Source of the DNA: a virus
Lineage: Duplodnaviria; Caudoviricetes
Virus record (IMG/VR): IMGVR_UViG_3300023256_001487
Coordinates: 1 to 26,235 of that record
Strand: one strand, 5' to 3'
Length of the DNA stretch: 26,235 nt
In this document: one piece after another, positions 24,134 through 26,235 of the stretch
How positions within the stretch are numbered: the stretch's first letter is position 1
How the letters are laid out: each line of letters begins with the position of its first letter
Notes under the pieces: model-generated
Database searches by the model: none
The model's input: only the letters and a program-made list of their open reading frames with translations
What the model was told of the DNA's origin: nothing
Translations under genes and position numbers: made by a program

Positions 24134-25387
24134 TCACTTCCCCGCATAATATATTAATGGTTCCAAATACTTTTTGAACACCGCTTTCAAGTTGTGGTCT
24201 CTTCTCATTTGTGTTCTTAATGCCATGATTCTATCATGTTCCAACTCAAAGTTTATGTATCCTGCAATGTCCATAAAATAATTGTCTTCTTTACCATAAG
24301 TTGTTTCTGTTGTTCCATTCATTCCATCTTTTATGTCAATTGCACTACTGAACTTCCTATACAATGGTTTGTCTCCGTAAATGCTTCTCATTGGCATAAA
24401 GTCAAAGTTTAGTATTGGGAAGTTTCCTGTAATCATTGCTTCTTGTGCGACAAGAGAGAATGTTTCGCTTCTGCTAGGCAATAAAAACACATTACTTATT
24501 TCCATGAAATCTTTTACCATATCTCTTGGTGCTTCCAATTTAAGGCTTGGGTCTTGCTCTGAAACAAAAATTACTTCACTTGAACTTAATCCACCTTCTG
24601 CTGCCATTACTTTTAGTTCTTCTCTGTATTTTGCTTTGTCTCCACCAGTTGAATGAAAGTCCATAAAAATTAGTCTTACACTTTTACCCATTTTCTTTAC
24701 TTGTTTTATTAGCTTGACACACATTTCAGGTTGTTTTCCTCTATCTAACCTTAGTGGATAAGTCATTATCACATCAGCCATTAGGATATCAAATTTTTTG
24801 ATTATCATTTCTGATAAAGGATTCATATTAAAAAAACTACACACATCAATTGGGTGTGGCACAACTTTAATTTCATTTTCTTCATATCCAAATGCTCTTG
24901 CAACTCTAGGGATATCATATGCGTTTGGATAAACAACAAAACTATTTGGGAATTTTTCTCGTTTCTTTCCATCTACTGCACAAGAATGAACCCAATGTAA
25001 CCATCTAATATCTGGAAAGTCTTTTATTAATTGTCTTGCTGCTGCATCAAATTTTTCAGTGGATGCCTGAAATGTGAGGTCATGCGTAATTACAACATCA
25101 ATTCCATTTAAATATTCTCTTAATTTTTCTTTTATTTCTCCGACTTCTTTATTGAATGGTTCTGGTTTATCACGCCCCCACTCATTATGACAGCCTACTT
25201 TTGGAAGATAACACAACTCTATATCTTCTCTTGCAAATTCTCCTTCTGGCTTAAAACCATCCATAACAGTTACTTTTGGTTTATATCCATTTTCACAAAG
25301 CATTTTTATTTGCCTTTCAACAATTATAGTCAAACTGTATGCTTTAAAATATTGTCCAAAATTAGTAAAAATTAGTACGCTCTTCAC
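24134..25387 (-). CDS. Glycosyltransferase, GT-B fold (GT4-like)
   Basis: VVITHD, W.HS, VVPHPID, P.RLDRGKQ, FLLPSRSETFSLVAQEA; SD GAGGTGA, GTG start. Confidence 0.85.
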   Translation of the reverse strand: MKSVLIFTNFGQYFKAYSLTIIVERQIKMLCENGYKPKVTVMDGFKPEGEFAREDIELCYLPKVGCHNEWGRDKPEPFNKEVGEIKEKLREYLNGIDVVITHDLTFQASTEKFDAAARQLIKDFPDIRWLHWVHSCAVDGKKREKFPNSFVVYPNAYDIPRVARAFGYEENEIKVVPHPIDVCSFFNMNPLSEMIIKKFDILMADVIMTYPLRLDRGKQPEMCVKLIKQVKKMGKSVRLIFMDFHSTGGDKAKYREELKVMAAEGGLSSSEVIFVSEQDPSLKLEAPRDMVKDFMEISNVFLLPSRSETFSLVAQEAMITGNFPILNFDFMPMRSIYGDKPLYRKFSSAIDIKDGMNGTTETTYGKEDNYFMDIAGYINFELEHDRIMALRTQMRRDHNLKAVFKKYLEPLIYYAGK

Positions 25388-25430
25388 TCAACATCACCTC
25401 AAGATTGTATTCTTCTGGATTGTATTCCAT
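25362..25430 (-). CDS. Possible 22-aa small ORF MEYNPEEYNLEVMLSEERTNFY
   Basis: ATG 25430 behind AGGAGG-AATAAAAA, same leader as the MCP B gene; TAA at 25364-25362. Confidence 0.4.
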   Translation of the reverse strand: MEYNPEEYNLEVMLSEERTNFY

Positions 25431-25470
25431 TTTTTATTCCTCCTAATAATATATTTATACCTATATGTTT

Positions 25471-25698
25471 TTATTTATATTTCCTTTTGTATGCTAAAGG
25501 TTTTACTCCAACAATGGGAAAATCTAAAACCTTAAAGTCAACCATGTTATATTTCCTCAAACTTTTTAATCTTATACCAACTCTTATTTCTCCAGTTTCT
25601 ACTCCTATAATTTCTAAATCTTCTTTAATTCTTCTAACTGTTTTGTAGTGTTTTTCTATTTGTTTTAATATTAATGTATCCAAATCTATTTCGCTCAA
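25471..25698 (-). CDS. Small basic protein, possible winged-helix DNA-binding protein
   Basis: 75 aa; IL..I...KTV..I...L...RV..RLKSLRK...V...Y pattern is wHTH-like. Confidence 0.5.
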   Translation of the reverse strand: MSEIDLDTLILKQIEKHYKTVRRIKEDLEIIGVETGEIRVGIRLKSLRKYNMVDFKVLDFPIVGVKPLAYKRKYK

Positions 25699-25940
25699 TT
25701 AATCACCTGTCCCGAAACAACGCTCCACAACCAAATAACAGCATAACCTGCAATAGTAAGTGATGCACCAACCAACCATCTATTCATAGTAATTCTTCCA
25801 CTTAATTTTTCCCTTTCATTAACTCCATTAGAATTAAATTTTCTTACCGTTTCCTCTAATGCCTCTAGTTTGTCAAAAATGTCTTTGTTGGTTATTTTAA
25901 TGAATGTACTATTTCCATTGCCACTTTTCTTTGCCATCAA
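25695..25940 (-). CDS. Small coiled-coil protein with C-terminal transmembrane helix (holin-like architecture)
   Basis: DIFDKLEALEETV coiled coil and WLVGASLTIAGYAVIWLWSVV hydrophobic segment. Confidence 0.55.
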   Translation of the reverse strand: MMAKKSGNGNSTFIKITNKDIFDKLEALEETVRKFNSNGVNEREKLSGRITMNRWLVGASLTIAGYAVIWLWSVVSGQVIN

Positions 25941-26235
25941 TTTCCCTCCAGATGTTTGTAGATTGCCTCTGATAGTTTACCTTCAAACTTTTGTTTTTGA
26001 AGAGAATTAAAATCAATACACAAATATCCATTCTTTTTCATTACTTCAGCTCTTTCTGTTAATGCTGGGTCATCATACACTATCACATCAGCCCAATTCT
26101 TCCAACTTTCCCAATTTCCGACTAATCCTTGCATGTGTCTAATCTCCGTTCTTTCTTTAAAATTTATCTTTATATCATTTCCTTCTGCTTTAATCTTCTC
26201 AGCTAATCCTAACAATCTTCCCTTTTCTGTGATGA
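25937..26235 (-). CDS. 5'-partial protein resembling the N-terminal domain of archaeal PurD-like ATP-grasp enzymes
   Basis: Frame stays open to the window edge (ITEKGRLLGLAEKIKAEGNDIK...); WADVIVYDD motif; no ATP-grasp domain follows. Confidence 0.45.
   Translation of the reverse strand, partial: ITEKGRLLGLAEKIKAEGNDIKINFKERTEIRHMQGLVGNWESWKNWADVIVYDDPALTERAEVMKKNGYLCIDFNSLQKQKFEGKLSEAIYKHLEGN

Noticed and set aside
2206-25375. Numerous plus-strand ORFs of 60-112 aa and short alternative-frame minus ORFs in the track
   Set aside because: All lie within longer minus-strand genes with clear motifs or SD sites and have shadow-ORF composition.
1-26235. tRNA/rRNA genes or stop-codon reassignment
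   Set aside because: Intergenic gaps are short with no cloverleaf seen, and the standard code already gives near-complete coding density.

Overview
AT-rich window from a tailed (HK97-fold, Caudoviricetes-type) virus or provirus, very probably with an archaeal host (GGAGG/GAGGTGA Shine-Dalgarno sites, TTTAAATA TATA-like boxes, a Magrovirus/halovirus-type capsid protein). All credible genes are on the minus strand and tightly packed. Read in the direction of transcription (right to left): small genes; a glycosylation/sugar-modification cluster (GT4, UDP-sugar dehydrogenase, HNH, 2 methyltransferases, radical SAM, 4 GT2-fold enzymes, two with ppGalNAc-transferase-like motifs); a protein with a Ser/Thr tail; head module B (protease, scaffold, MCP, two tandem-duplicated decoration-like gene pairs, adaptor-like gene, two Vsr/DUF559-like endonucleases, a GT2-GT4 fusion); two fibre-like proteins sharing a 22-aa repeat stalk; an HK97 gp10-like gene; and a second, very divergent head module A (protease with nested scaffold, MCP, beta-helix protein). 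The main oddities are two capsid-assembly modules in one co-oriented array with no portal or terminase between them, and a candidate virus-encoded mucin-type O-glycosylation system beside its likely substrate. All family calls are from motif recognition by eye; no searches were run.
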